Shown here one piece after another: positions 52,546 through 63,251 of a DNA stretch of 64,000 nt. This stretch comes from Bacteroidales bacterium (GTDB lineage Bacteria; Bacteroidota; Bacteroidia; Bacteroidales; UBA932): the NCBI GenBank assembly GCA_017447265.1, contig JAFSOA010000008.1, positions 15,167 through 79,166 on the forward strand, written 5' to 3'. The notes below the pieces were generated by a model that saw nothing but the letters and a program-made list of their open reading frames with translations, was not told the DNA's origin and searched no databases. Numbering within the stretch: position 1 is the stretch's first letter; every line of letters begins with the position of its first letter. The translations under genes were made by a program, and so were the position numbers.

Positions 52546-53319
52546 TTATTGCAATTCAGCCCACGGCACCGGAACGGTGATGACACCGAAGACGTAAGGG
52601 GCCAGGTCGTACGGCTGGTAGTAGAAGGTGAGACCTTCGTTGTCGACGGAGAACCAGGGACTGGGTTCGATGGTTTCTGAGAAGAAGATGTTCGTTTCAT
52701 CGATGCCTTCCTCCGCATCGACCATGTCTTTTATGTCATCCATCCTGTGCTTGAGCAGCAGAGCGCACATTTTTTCTTCGGAAACACCAGGAGCCACAAC
52801 AGTCCAGTCGACCAACTGCCCGTCCGACAGTCTGAATACGAACGGGAATGTGCCATTCATGCCGTGGGCGCCTCCCAGATACTGGTACTGTTCGACGAAG
52901 TAATTGACATAATCCTTGTACGTTACGCCGAAACTGCCCTTGTAGTCATAACCCCAGTTGAGAAAAGGTGCGTCTTCTTCCGCCATTCCCATTTCTTCGA
53001 GCATGCCTGTGTTGGTATCGATGTAATCTACGGCGATGGCGTCCCGCCATGCCTTTCCAAGTTCAGCCAGTGACCCGGTGAATTCAGTATAGTTCTCACC
53101 AAGCGTGTGGGCGCGGATGGCTTTTCGGACTTCTTCCAGGGCTTCCTTCGGGAAACCGGAAACCGGGAAGTCGATATCCAGGTTGAGGTCCAGGTGGTTT
53201 TCACTGCCTTCACGGAACGGAATGTCCTCTTCGAGTCTGAGTGTTTCCGTCTTGATATCTTGGGTGCAGGATGTCAGGGCGAACAGAGCCGCCGTAATGA
53301 TCAGAAGAGTGCGTTTCAT
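52546..53319 (-). CDS. lipoprotein, DUF3298/RsiV-like family (paralog of 40808..41581)
   Basis: Lipobox LTSC. Shares motifs with 40808..41581. Confidence 0.8.
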   Translation of the reverse strand: MKRTLLIITAALFALTSCTQDIKTETLRLEEDIPFREGSENHLDLNLDIDFPVSGFPKEALEEVRKAIRAHTLGENYTEFTGSLAELGKAWRDAIAVDYIDTNTGMLEEMGMAEEDAPFLNWGYDYKGSFGVTYKDYVNYFVEQYQYLGGAHGMNGTFPFVFRLSDGQLVDWTVVAPGVSEEKMCALLLKHRMDDIKDMVDAEEGIDETNIFFSETIEPSPWFSVDNEGLTFYYQPYDLAPYVFGVITVPVPWAELQ

Positions 53320-55121
53320 TATTTTAATGTGTTGATTACCAGTTTGTTGATTTCGCGGATGCGGGGGATGTCGACCTTGTCGACACGGCGGTCGTAGGTC
53401 ATCAGGCCGTTGACCTCGATTTCCACGTCGGTGGTCTGCGTATAGACGGCGGCGGAGAATCCGCGGACGACCATGTCTTTCAGTTGCCGGGCATACTTGA
53501 CATATTCTTCCGTCACTTCGGCCGGGGTCGTGAATTTGATGTAGCCCCAGTTGCGGTCGGGCGTCCAGAGGTGGCCTTCCACCGGCATGCCGATGCCGCC
53601 GTACTCGCCCAGGACATTGACGCGCCGGGTGTCAAAGAGGTACATGTCGGGCTGTGGATAGTTGTGCAGGTCGAGCATGTCGCCGGCCGTCAGGAAGTGG
53701 TTGCCGCCGCTGGCCGAGTTGACGAGGCGCGACGGATCGTGCTGCTTGGTCCAGTCCGTGATCTCGACGGTCTTGAACTGGCCCCATCCTTCGTTGAAGG
53801 GGACCCAGGCCACGATGCAGGGATAGCTGTACAGATAGTCCATGATTTCCCGCCATTCCTTGCGGTAGCAGGCTTCGGAGGCGGCGCTGCGCACGAATTC
53901 CGTCCCCTGGTACCAGCGGGTGTTCTGCCAGCTTCCGTGGAGGTCTCCGCTGGGCATATCCTGCCATACGAGGATGCCGAGGCGGTCGCAGTGATAGTAC
54001 CAGCGGGCCGGTTCCACTTTCACGTGCTTGCGGATGAGGTTGAAGCCCCAGTCCTTGGTTTTCTGCACATCGAAGGCGAGGGCCTCGTCGGTGGGGGCGG
54101 TGTAGAGGCCGTCGGGCCACCAGCCCTGGTCGAGCGGGCCGTACATGAAGATGGGCTTTCCGTTGAGGGTCATGCGAAGGATCCCGCCCTTGTCGGCGGC
54201 GACGCCGACCTTGCGCATCGCGCAATAGCTCTTGACCCGGTCGACGGTCTTTCCGTCACGGATCAACTTGACTTCCAGGTCGTAGAGATAGGGATCGTCC
54301 GGGGTCCAGCAGCGGGCGTCCGGAACGGCGAGTTCCGCTTCGGCGCCAGCGAGGGCGCGGGCGGATGCGACGCGCCGGCCGTCTGCCAGCAGGTTGACTT
54401 CCACCAGTCCGCCCGTCACGCCGACCGCCTGTACGCGGATGCATCCGGCATCCAGGTCGGGGGTGGTGCGGAGGTCTGCGATATACTGCTGCGGTACCGG
54501 TTCCAGCCAGACCGTCTGCCAGATGCCCGTAACGGAGGTGTACCAGATGCCGCCGGGTTTGCGGACCTGCTTGCCGCGGGGCTGGAAGCCGGTGTCGGTG
54601 CCATCCCAGACCCGGACGGTCAAGCTGTTTTCACCGGCTTGGAGAGCGTCGGTAATATCCAGGCTGAAAGGCGTGTAACCGCCCGTATGCGTGCCGGCCT
54701 TCACCCCGTTCACCCAGACGTCGGCTTGCCAGTCCACGCCGCCGAAATGCAGCAGGACGCGCTGCCCTTTCCACGCTTTCGGCACGGTGAAGCTGCGCCG
54801 GTACCACAGATGCTGGCCGGTTCCTACCGTCTTGCCCACGCCGGAGAGGCTGGATTCGATGCAGTAGGGGACAAGGATCTGGCCGTCGGCTTTCTCAAAA
54901 GGGACGTTGAGGGGCAGTATGGCGTAGTCCCAGAGGCCGTTGAGGTTCATCCAGTCGTCGCGCTGCAGCAGTGGGCGGGGATATTCGGGCAGGGGCGCCT
55001 TCGGATCGACTTGTTCCGCCCAGGGAGTCCGGATATGGCTGCCGGCCGGCGACCAGGCCTGGGCCGTGGCTGAGACACAGAAAAAGAGCGTTGCGATAAG
55101 GAGGAAAGCTATTTTTTTCAT
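53319..55121 (-). CDS. glycoside hydrolase family 2 protein
   Basis: Start at MKKIAFLLIATLFFCVSATAQA. Motifs include the GLWDY context, VWVNG, NLIRKH and WVPFNEGWGQ (acid/base NE). Confidence 0.85.
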   Translation of the reverse strand: MKKIAFLLIATLFFCVSATAQAWSPAGSHIRTPWAEQVDPKAPLPEYPRPLLQRDDWMNLNGLWDYAILPLNVPFEKADGQILVPYCIESSLSGVGKTVGTGQHLWYRRSFTVPKAWKGQRVLLHFGGVDWQADVWVNGVKAGTHTGGYTPFSLDITDALQAGENSLTVRVWDGTDTGFQPRGKQVRKPGGIWYTSVTGIWQTVWLEPVPQQYIADLRTTPDLDAGCIRVQAVGVTGGLVEVNLLADGRRVASARALAGAEAELAVPDARCWTPDDPYLYDLEVKLIRDGKTVDRVKSYCAMRKVGVAADKGGILRMTLNGKPIFMYGPLDQGWWPDGLYTAPTDEALAFDVQKTKDWGFNLIRKHVKVEPARWYYHCDRLGILVWQDMPSGDLHGSWQNTRWYQGTEFVRSAASEACYRKEWREIMDYLYSYPCIVAWVPFNEGWGQFKTVEITDWTKQHDPSRLVNSASGGNHFLTAGDMLDLHNYPQPDMYLFDTRRVNVLGEYGGIGMPVEGHLWTPDRNWGYIKFTTPAEVTEEYVKYARQLKDMVVRGFSAAVYTQTTDVEIEVNGLMTYDRRVDKVDIPRIREINKLVINTLK

Positions 55122-55155
55122 AACTTTGAATTTATCTATCAAAATTAGCGAATCC

Positions 55156-56142
55156 ATGAGGATAATCAAAATATTTTGCACGGCCCTTCTGCTGTCCGCG
55201 GTCCTGTGCGGCTGTGGGAAGGCGGCGGAAGACCAGACCTTTACCATCCGCAACGAGAACGGTATGAGCGCCACCTTCACTTCGTACGGCGCCCGCCTCC
55301 TGCGCCTTGAGGTGCCGGCGAAAGACGGCTCCCTGAAGAACGTGGTCTGGAGCTGTGCCGACCCTGCGGAGGCGCGGAAGGATGCCGACTATCGCCAGCC
55401 CGTCGTGGGGCGTTACGGCAACCGCATCGCCAAGGGCCGTTTCGCGCTCGACGGCTATACCTATCAGCTCTCGCAGAACGAAGGTGAAAACCATCTGCAT
55501 GGCGGCAAAGGCGGCTTCGACAAGCGGGAGTGGACGATCCAGCCGCTCTCCGAAAACGCCCTGCTGATGACGCGCGTGTCGCCGGACGGCGAAGAGGGCT
55601 ATCCGGGCAACCTGGAGATCTCGGTGCTCTGCACGCTTACCGACAAAAACGAGCTGGTGCTGCAGTACAGCGCCCGTACCGACGCGCCGACCATCCTCAA
55701 TCCGACGCTGCACGCCTGGTTCAACCTGCACGGGGACGGGGAGGGGCTAACGACGAGCCACATCCTGAAAATCAATGCGGATTACTATACACCCGTCGAT
55801 GCGGAACTGATTCCCACGGGCGAAATAGCACCAGTAGCGGGTACGGCGTTCGATTTCCGGGCCGGAAAGCCGGTGACACCGGAATTCGACCACAACTTCG
55901 TGCTGCGCGGGGCATCGCGCGAGCCGGCGCTCGAGTTATACGAGCCGTCCACGGGCATCCTGCTGAAAGTCTATACCGACCAGCCCGGCCTGCAGATGTT
56001 CAGCGGCAAACCCGACTGCGGCCTGGTGCTCGAGACGCAGCATTTCCCTGATTCGCCGAACCATCCGGACTTCCCGTCCACGGAGCTCAGGCCCGGTGAA
56101 AACTATACGCAGACAACGCTCTATTGTTTTGAAATCAAATAA
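55156..56142 (+). CDS. galM: aldose 1-epimerase (galactose mutarotase) lipoprotein
   Basis: Lipobox LCGC, plus GRYGNRI and NHLHGGKGGFDKREW motifs. Confidence 0.85.
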   Translation: MRIIKIFCTALLLSAVLCGCGKAAEDQTFTIRNENGMSATFTSYGARLLRLEVPAKDGSLKNVVWSCADPAEARKDADYRQPVVGRYGNRIAKGRFALDGYTYQLSQNEGENHLHGGKGGFDKREWTIQPLSENALLMTRVSPDGEEGYPGNLEISVLCTLTDKNELVLQYSARTDAPTILNPTLHAWFNLHGDGEGLTTSHILKINADYYTPVDAELIPTGEIAPVAGTAFDFRAGKPVTPEFDHNFVLRGASREPALELYEPSTGILLKVYTDQPGLQMFSGKPDCGLVLETQHFPDSPNHPDFPSTELRPGENYTQTTLYCFEIK

Positions 56143-56151
56143 TCTTTCAAT

Positions 56152-57522
56152 ATGGACAACAAGAAGATGAATCGTCGCGACGCGATCCGAGCCATGATGC
56201 TGGCAGGTGCCGGCCTGGCCGCCAGTACCAGCCTGGCTGCTCCGCTGCGGGCAGCAGGCGCTGTGCCCCAGAACTGGAAATTCACTGAACCCGCCAAGGG
56301 TGACCAGGTCATCCACCGTACGTGGAAGTCACTGGGCAACGAGAGCATCAGCCTGCTCGGCATGGGATGCATGCGCTTCCCGCGCAAACCCGGTGCCGGC
56401 CGCCGTGCTCCGCTTGACCAGGAGGCCATCAATATGATGATTGACTACGCCCTGGATCACGGCATCAACTATTTCGACACGGCGCCGGCCTATGGCGATT
56501 CCGAGCGTGCCACGGGCGAGGCGCTCAGCCGCCACAGCCGGAAAGACTACCTCATCGCGACCAAAATGTCGAATTTCTCCAACGCGGAACTGGAAGCCTG
56601 CAAGGCCATGTTCGCCAATTCGCTGAAGAATCTGCGTACCGACTATGTGGATTACTTCCTGCTCCATTCCATCGGCAGCGTGGAGGATTTCAACAAGCGC
56701 TTCAAGGACAATGGCCTGCTTCCCTGGCTGCAGGAGCTCCGCAAGAAGGGGACGATCCGCCATCTGGGCTTTTCGTTCCACGGATCGAACGCGGCGATGA
56801 AGGAATTGCTGGCGATGCCCTATACCTGGGAGTTCGTGCAGATTCAGCTGAACTATGTGGACTGGAAGAACATGCCGCTGGAAGACAGTGACGAGGCCTG
56901 CGATTCCGAGACGCTCTACAACATGCTGGCGGAGAAGAACATACCGGTCGTCATCATGGAGCCGATCCGCGGTGGCGCGCTGGCCAATGTGCCGGAGGGC
57001 CTGAAAGGCAGGCTGGCGGAGCGTTTCCCGCACCTGTCCCCGGCCGGCGTGGCCCTGACCTACGCCTCCACGTTCCCGGGCGTGATGTGCTCCCTCAGCG
57101 GCATGAGCAACATGCAGCAACTGATGGAGAACGTATACACCTTCAGCCATTTCAAGCCCTTCAACGCGCAGGACAACGAATACATGATGGAGATGGCGCG
57201 GCTCTACAACGCCAATCCGCATATCCCGTGCACGGCCTGCCGTTACTGCATGCCCTGCCCGCGCGGCGTGGACATCCCGGGCGTCTTCGGCGTCTACAAC
57301 GCCATCAGCGACGAGCTGATGCTGCCCGACCCGGCCAACAGGAAGGAGAAGGGCTACAAGCAGAAGAGAGATGCCTTCCTGAAGCGTTATGCAACCCTCG
57401 CGAAGGACAGCGACGCCTCGGCCTGCGTCATGTGCAACGCCTGCCTCCCGAAGTGCCCGCAACGCATCCGCATCCCCGATCAGATGCGCAAGATCCACAA
57501 GCTGGTCAAGGACCTGGGTTAA
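56152..57522 (+). CDS. aldo/keto reductase with Tat-type signal and C-terminal 4Fe-4S cysteine motifs
   Basis: RRDAIRAMMLAGAGLAA, NYFDTAPAYG, CTACRYCMPCP and CVMCNACLPKCP. Confidence 0.85.
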   Translation: MDNKKMNRRDAIRAMMLAGAGLAASTSLAAPLRAAGAVPQNWKFTEPAKGDQVIHRTWKSLGNESISLLGMGCMRFPRKPGAGRRAPLDQEAINMMIDYALDHGINYFDTAPAYGDSERATGEALSRHSRKDYLIATKMSNFSNAELEACKAMFANSLKNLRTDYVDYFLLHSIGSVEDFNKRFKDNGLLPWLQELRKKGTIRHLGFSFHGSNAAMKELLAMPYTWEFVQIQLNYVDWKNMPLEDSDEACDSETLYNMLAEKNIPVVIMEPIRGGALANVPEGLKGRLAERFPHLSPAGVALTYASTFPGVMCSLSGMSNMQQLMENVYTFSHFKPFNAQDNEYMMEMARLYNANPHIPCTACRYCMPCPRGVDIPGVFGVYNAISDELMLPDPANRKEKGYKQKRDAFLKRYATLAKDSDASACVMCNACLPKCPQRIRIPDQMRKIHKLVKDLG

Positions 57523-57553
57523 GCGGTTTGAAGAAACTGAAACTCTTGCCGGC

Positions 57554-58447
57554 TTATTTTCCCAGGAATTCCGTCGGCGTGATGCCGGTCACCTTCTTGA
57601 AAAGACGGGTGAAGTGATGCGGGAACTCAAAACCCAGGAGGTGAGCGGTTTCACCTATGTTGTGCCCGTTCATCAGGAGGTTCTTTCCCTGTTCGACCAG
57701 GAAGGTGTGGATGTAGCCGATGGCCGTGCCGCCGGTGGATTTGTGGATCACATCGCCCAGATAGCGGGGCGAATAGGCCAGCTGCTCAGCACAGTACTGG
57801 ACGGAGGGTACGCCGAGATCCATCTGCCGGCCGTTCAGATAGTATTGCCGGAGAAGTCCGTGGAAGCGTTTGAGAATATCCGATGAGTTTTTGTCTTCCT
57901 TTGAGAGCTGGCGCAGATAGATTCGCTGACAGTACTCCAGAATAAGGCGTATGTATCCCTGGATGACGTTCCGTAGTGCAGGTGTATCCTCATTCTCCTG
58001 CAGTTCGTGCTTGAGCTGCGTGAGCAGCTGGGTGATGCGGCTCCATTCCGAAGACTCCATTTTCAAAGTCTCGACGGCGAAATAGGAGAAGAAGGGATAG
58101 TCTTTCATCCATGCCTCCAGGTCGGTTCTCCGGAAGAGTTCCGGTGAGAACAGCAATGCCCATCCGCTGATATAAATATCCTCGCCGTCGTCTTCCCTGC
58201 CGCCGATCTGGCCCGGTTCCACGGCAATGATGGAGCCATCGGCGGCGTCGAACATCTTCATGCCATAGGTGAGATTTTTGGGGAAATTCTTCTGGATGAA
58301 AAGACCATAGACGCCGTAATGATTCAGGCTGGAGTGGATGGGCGACACCTCGTCGTAGTGGATGACGCTCACCAGGGGATGCAACTCCCGGGCGCCCACG
58401 AAACGGGCGTAAACATTGGGGGTAGAGACGCGCAGAATGTTCTTCAT
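57554..58447 (-). CDS. AraC family transcriptional regulator
   Basis: C-terminal IGETAHLLGFEFPHHFTRLFKKVTGITPTEF. The internal Met start at 58447 removes an implausible leader. Confidence 0.88.
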   Translation of the reverse strand: MKNILRVSTPNVYARFVGARELHPLVSVIHYDEVSPIHSSLNHYGVYGLFIQKNFPKNLTYGMKMFDAADGSIIAVEPGQIGGREDDGEDIYISGWALLFSPELFRRTDLEAWMKDYPFFSYFAVETLKMESSEWSRITQLLTQLKHELQENEDTPALRNVIQGYIRLILEYCQRIYLRQLSKEDKNSSDILKRFHGLLRQYYLNGRQMDLGVPSVQYCAEQLAYSPRYLGDVIHKSTGGTAIGYIHTFLVEQGKNLLMNGHNIGETAHLLGFEFPHHFTRLFKKVTGITPTEFLGK

Positions 58448-58574
58448 GACGCTTGAAAAGGTATAACTTTTTGCGAAAATACGCAAAATTCTGCGAAATT
58501 GGTAGAATCTTGGCAAAAATCGGTAAAAGAATCTCCAGAAGACCGCCTACCTTTGCATCATCAACACAAACGAT

Positions 58575-59627
58575 ATGAATATCAAATCTATCCTTGCAGT
58601 CTGCGCCGCATCCCTGATGCTGCTTGCCTGCAAAACAAACACGAACGACAATATGTGTACCCTGAGTCTGACCCGGGAGTGGGACAAGACCTTCCCCAAA
58701 TCCGAAAAGGTGAACCACAGCAAGGTAACCTTCCACAACCGCTATGGCATCGAGTTGGCGGCCGATATGTATGTCCCCAAGAACGCGGAAGGCAAGCTTC
58801 CCGCCATTGCCGTGAGCGGTCCCTTTGGCGCCGTTAAGGAGCAGAGCAGCGGACTTTATGCCCAGCATATGGCCGAGCGCGGCTTCCTGGCCCTTGCCTT
58901 CGACCCCTCCTTTACCGGTGAATCCGGCGGTGAGCCGCGCCGGATGGCCTCCCCGGACATCAACACGGAGGACTTTCTGGCGGCGGTGGACTTCCTTTCC
59001 ACCCATGACCTTGTCGATCCGGAGCGCATCGGCATCATCGGCATTTGCGGCTTCGGCGGCATGGCGATCAATGCAGCCGCGCTTGATCCGCGCATCAAAG
59101 CCACGGTGACTTCCACCATGTACGATATGAGCAAAGTCAATGTGGAAGGCTATTTCGCCAGCGAGGATACGCCCGCCCAGCGGATGGAAAAACGCAAGGC
59201 CCTGGCCGCGCAGCGCACGAAAGACTATGCAACAGGCACTTATGAGCGTGCAGGCGGTGTCATCGACCCGCTTCCGGAGGATGCGCCCTGGTTCGTCAAA
59301 GACTATCACGCCTACTACAAGACCCCTCGCGGCTACCATGCGCGCAGCGGCAACTCCACCGACGGTTGGAACATCATCGGCTGCCAGAGTTTCCTGAACC
59401 AGCCCCTGCTGGCCTGGGCCGGAGAAATTGGGGCCCCCGTGCTCCTTATCCATGGCGAGAAGGCCCACAGCCGCTATTTCAGCGAATACGCCTTCGGGCT
59501 CCTGAACGGCACGAACAAGGAACTCATGATCATCCCCGGCGCTTCTCATGTGGACCTCTACGACGATGTCGCCGGCGTAATTCCCTACGACAAGATGGAG
59601 CAGTTCTTTAAAGACAATCTTCGATAA
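58575..59627 (+). CDS. alpha/beta hydrolase lipoprotein (Cys-nucleophile, dienelactone-hydrolase-like)
   Basis: Lipobox LLAC and nucleophile elbow GICGFGG. Confidence 0.8.
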   Translation: MNIKSILAVCAASLMLLACKTNTNDNMCTLSLTREWDKTFPKSEKVNHSKVTFHNRYGIELAADMYVPKNAEGKLPAIAVSGPFGAVKEQSSGLYAQHMAERGFLALAFDPSFTGESGGEPRRMASPDINTEDFLAAVDFLSTHDLVDPERIGIIGICGFGGMAINAAALDPRIKATVTSTMYDMSKVNVEGYFASEDTPAQRMEKRKALAAQRTKDYATGTYERAGGVIDPLPEDAPWFVKDYHAYYKTPRGYHARSGNSTDGWNIIGCQSFLNQPLLAWAGEIGAPVLLIHGEKAHSRYFSEYAFGLLNGTNKELMIIPGASHVDLYDDVAGVIPYDKMEQFFKDNLR

Positions 59628-59686
59628 CAGGAGGCTTCTAGCAAGCCGGGAAAAAGGAAATAATTCCGTAACTTTATCCCTGTAAT

Positions 59687-60094
59687 ATGAAATCGAAGAA
59701 AATCCTTTGTTTACTTGTCTTTCTTTTTGGGCTGGCTGTCCTGCAAGGCCATGCGCAGCAGCTGACGATCAACATCCGTTATACCGGGCAGGACGGCAAT
59801 GCCCGCAAATATGTGGAAGAGATGGAATCCAGCGGCATTGCCGACCGCATCAGGGCCATCGAAGGCTGTCTGGGCTATGATTACTTCTTTCCGGCCGATG
59901 ACCCTGAAGGACTGCTGCTCATCGACAGCTGGGCGAATCAGGAAGCCCTGAACCGTTATCACGCCTCTCCGGTCATGCAGGAGGCGGCCGCTCTCCGCGA
60001 GAAATATGGCCTCGGCGGGCGGACCGTCCGGATGTTTACGCCGATGGTACCGGGAGGGCGGCAGGATCCTCCCGAAAAGAACTATCAGAAGTGA
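59687..60094 (+). CDS. exported antibiotic-biosynthesis-monooxygenase (ABM) domain protein
   Basis: Has a signal peptide. The LLIDSWANQEALNRYHASP pattern is typical of ABM domains. Confidence 0.75.
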   Translation: MKSKKILCLLVFLFGLAVLQGHAQQLTINIRYTGQDGNARKYVEEMESSGIADRIRAIEGCLGYDYFFPADDPEGLLLIDSWANQEALNRYHASPVMQEAAALREKYGLGGRTVRMFTPMVPGGRQDPPEKNYQK

Positions 60095-61425
60095 AAAAGG
60101 TGTTCGTCTTTTTGATGGCTATGTCAATGACAGCGAGCGGGCTTTGGGCACAGATCGATGTCCACAGCCATGCCATTACCGCCTCCTATATGGAATTCGT
60201 CCGGGCGAACGGGGCCGAAATGGACGAAGGCTTTCCCATTCCGTCCTGGAATGTGGAAGCGCATCTCGCCTTTATGGACGAGGCCGGAATCGAGACTTCG
60301 GTCCTGACCATGCCCGCACCTCAGCCGTGGTTTGGAGACGGGACGGAATCGGCCGCCATCTGCCGCAAGTACAACGAAGCGTGCGCTGCGCTCAAGGCAC
60401 AGTATCCCGGGCGTTTCCTTTTCTGTGCCTCGGTACCGCTGCCGGATGTGGAACGTGCCGTCGAAGAGGCGGTCTACGCGCTGGATGTGCTGGGTGCCGA
60501 CGGAGTCAAGCTGGCCACCAACAGCTATGGCCAGTATCTGGGAGACCCTGCCCTGGAGCCGCTGATGGCGGTGCTGGATGCGCGCAAGGCTGTCATCATC
60601 GCCCATCCGCACAAGCCGTCGGCCGTGAACGACCGGCTCATTGCCGATGTTCCGCTGGCATCGTACGAGTACCTGGCCGAGACCACGAGAGCCATTCTCA
60701 ATATGGTGGCTCATGATGTCCTGGTCCGCTATCCGGAGCTCAAGGTGGTCGTCCCGCACTGCGGCTCCTTCCTGCCCAACGCGCTCCCGCGTTTCAAGGG
60801 CCTTCTTCCCGTCATGGTGGGGCAGGGTTATATGCAGCCGGTGGATGTGGAGGCCAATGTCTCCCGCCTTTATTTTGATCTCGCGGGCGCCGCTACGGAC
60901 GATGTGATCCGCGCGCTGCTTACCGTCACCACGGCCGACCATCTGCTGTATGGCTCCGACTATCCTTATGTGGCCGCACCGGCGCTGGTGGCGGCGAAAT
61001 CATCCCTTCAACAGCGTCTTCCGGCTTTGGGCCTGGACCCGCTGGCTGTCCTCTCGGACAACGCGCGAAGGCTGTTCGGGGCCGACGTCCCCGTACGGGC
61101 GTATGGAGAAAGGGTGGTCCGCCTTGCCGAGATCGAAATTGTCCCGGAGAAGCTGTCAGCATATCTGGAATATGCTGCGGAGGTGGGCCGCGTGTCCATG
61201 GCAACGGAGCCCGGCGTCGTCGCCCTGTTCTCCATGCAGGACAAAGCGGATCCCTGCAAGGTTTATATCCTGGAAGTATATGCCGACCGGCAGGCCTACG
61301 AGGCTCATATCCGGACGGCGCATTTCCGGAAATACAAGGACGGTACCGCCGATATGGTCCGTTCCCTCAAACTCATTGATACCCTGCCGCTGGTTATGGC
61401 GGATTTTCTCAAAAAAGCACAATAA
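60091..61425 (+). CDS. exported amidohydrolase fused to a C-terminal ABM domain
   Basis: Has a signal peptide and the HxH metal motif IDVHSHAI. The C-terminal ~95 aa read [24 protein letters not shown]. Confidence 0.8.
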   Translation: MKKVFVFLMAMSMTASGLWAQIDVHSHAITASYMEFVRANGAEMDEGFPIPSWNVEAHLAFMDEAGIETSVLTMPAPQPWFGDGTESAAICRKYNEACAALKAQYPGRFLFCASVPLPDVERAVEEAVYALDVLGADGVKLATNSYGQYLGDPALEPLMAVLDARKAVIIAHPHKPSAVNDRLIADVPLASYEYLAETTRAILNMVAHDVLVRYPELKVVVPHCGSFLPNALPRFKGLLPVMVGQGYMQPVDVEANVSRLYFDLAGAATDDVIRALLTVTTADHLLYGSDYPYVAAPALVAAKSSLQQRLPALGLDPLAVLSDNARRLFGADVPVRAYGERVVRLAEIEIVPEKLSAYLEYAAEVGRVSMATEPGVVALFSMQDKADPCKVYILEVYADRQAYEAHIRTAHFRKYKDGTADMVRSLKLIDTLPLVMADFLKKAQ

Positions 61426-61427
61426 AG

Positions 61428-61979
61428 ATGAAAAGAATGATCCTTTCCGTGATGATGCTCTCGGCCCTGGCGCTGACGGCCTGCGGACAGACCAAAAACA
61501 GTCATGCAATGAAAACATTAGTAGCCTATTTTTCCGCCACGGGAACGACCAAGGCCGTGGCAAAGGACCTCGCCGAAGTGACGGGTGCCACCCTCTATGA
61601 AATCAAGCCGGAAGTAAAATACACCGCCGCCGATCTCGACTGGCACAACAAGGAATCCCGCAGCAGCGTGGAAATGGCGGACAGGCATTCCCGCCCCGCC
61701 TTCGTAAAAGACCTCAAGGATGCTGACAGTTTCGATGTTGTCTTTATCGGCTTCCCCGTCTGGTGGTACACGGCTCCTACGATCATCAACACCTTCATCG
61801 AGGCCTACGGTTTCGAGGGCAAGACCGTCATTTTCTTTGCCACCTCCGGCGGCAGCAGCATCGTCAAGGCTAACCAGGACTTCAAGGCGCAGTATCCGAA
61901 GATCGACTGGAAAGCCGGAAAGACGCTGAATGGTGCGTCGAAAGCTGAAATCAAAGCCTGGGTTGACGGATTGAAGTAG
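61428..61979 (+). CDS. flavodoxin-family protein with lipoprotein signal
   Basis: Lipobox LTAC and FMN-loop-like [10 protein letters not shown]. Confidence 0.8.
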   Translation: MKRMILSVMMLSALALTACGQTKNSHAMKTLVAYFSATGTTKAVAKDLAEVTGATLYEIKPEVKYTAADLDWHNKESRSSVEMADRHSRPAFVKDLKDADSFDVVFIGFPVWWYTAPTIINTFIEAYGFEGKTVIFFATSGGSSIVKANQDFKAQYPKIDWKAGKTLNGASKAEIKAWVDGLK

Positions 61980-62034
61980 GCGGTATCATGCCCTGGCGGA
62001 GGCGATGACGCCGTGACGGTGATAGATGCCCTGC

Positions 62035-62211
62035 TCAAGGCAGAAGCATGTCAAATCCTGTCATTTTCAAGATTTTCTCTACCTCGGGCTGGATATGGAA
62101 GATCTTAAAGCAGTTCGAGTCTTTTACGGACTTCCGCATGATCAATAGCACACGGAGACCGGCCGATGACAGATAAGGCATTTTCTCCCTATCCAGTTCT
62201 TTGTCGTCCAT
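62035..62211 (-). pseudogene. STAS-domain (anti-sigma antagonist-like) C-terminal fragment
   Basis: Manual translation: MDDKELDREKMPYLSSAGLRVLLIMRKSVKDSNCFKIFHIQPEVEKILKMTGFDMLLP. The N-terminal half of a normal STAS domain is absent. Confidence 0.4.
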
Positions 62212-62671
62212 GATACATCCGTTGCTTAAAGTCCAAAGATAAACATTTTTATAGGGGTCATCGCAAAATCAGGTTGAAAAGTGTGCTGATTATTTATTGC
62301 TTTAAGTAAGACAGTCGTCTTATTGCTTATGTGCCTCGTGGGCGACAAGCGAAAGGTGTTGACCTTCACCCTCCCGCTCAAAAACGGTAAGATTTACCAC
62401 ATCGAAGTTACCATATAAGGCAAGTCTGTCGTCATTCTGAATACTGTGAGCAGTGACGACACGGCTTATCATTTCGAAGAGAAATCGTACGTTGTATAAT
62501 CGGAATTGGCGAAAGTGCAGGTAACGTCCCATTCTATGGGACGTCTCCCGCAAATTAGGCCGTTTATGACGGTATCGTCCCTGTTTTTGGGACGTTACCC
62601 GCACTAAAGAGAAAGGCGATCATCCGCTTTTTCCGCTGATCCGTTCCCACCACCTGCGACGGAAGGTGCTT

Positions 62672-62706
62672 TACAAAACAAAAAACCCGCTGAAAATCAG
62701 CGGGTT
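62672..62706 (-). terminator. orphan terminator-like hairpin
   Basis: AACCCGCTGA-aaa-TCAGCGGGTT forms a 10-bp stem, and a T-run follows on the minus strand. No intact minus-strand gene lies upstream of it. Confidence 0.4.
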
Positions 62707-62875
62707 ACTGTGGTGCTGGGAATAAAGTATATTTGAGTATAACTCGATATGTATCAGTTTATTAGAACGTATTTGCGAGCGAAATTGTGTTGCCTCTACT
62801 GCAAACATGCCAAGAAAGGAGGATTATGATGATGTCGCTGAAAATGATTATTTTTACACTATTAAATCTGACTTT

Positions 62876-63172
62876 ATGGCTTCTAATCCTGATTTTGTAC
62901 AATACATAGCAGACCAGTGTGCTGGGGCCGGAGAAATCGCTGTTAAGAAGATGATGGGAGACTATTGCATTTACTGTGATGGCGTCCTGTTCGGTTTGAT
63001 CTGCGACAACAACTTCTATATCAAAGTGACCGACCCCGGAAAGACTCTGCTGAAGGAGGTTATCCTTCGCCCGCCTTATGACGGTGCCAAAGACTATTTC
63101 TATATCAGTGATGTGGATGACCGGGATTATTTGGTTGCTCTGATCAAGGGCACAATTCCGGCGCTAAAGTAA
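62876..63172 (+). CDS. TfoX/Sxy N-terminal domain protein
   Basis: FVQYIADQCAGAGEIAVKKMMGDYCIYCDGVLFGLICDNNFYIK. The listed start 62807 is an alternative. Confidence 0.7.
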   Translation: MASNPDFVQYIADQCAGAGEIAVKKMMGDYCIYCDGVLFGLICDNNFYIKVTDPGKTLLKEVILRPPYDGAKDYFYISDVDDRDYLVALIKGTIPALK

Positions 63173-63251
63173 CTTTTTTCATTTTTCTCTTGACTCGTAC
63201 CCTACGGCATGTATTATCTTTACCCCCGGATAACAAAGGTGCACAATTGTT

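Noticed and set aside
62320-62604. 94-aa minus-strand ORF in the AT-rich patch
   Set aside because: The N-terminal half is Arg/His-rich junk that overlaps the GGGACG hairpin repeats. There is no promoter motif or recognisable domain.
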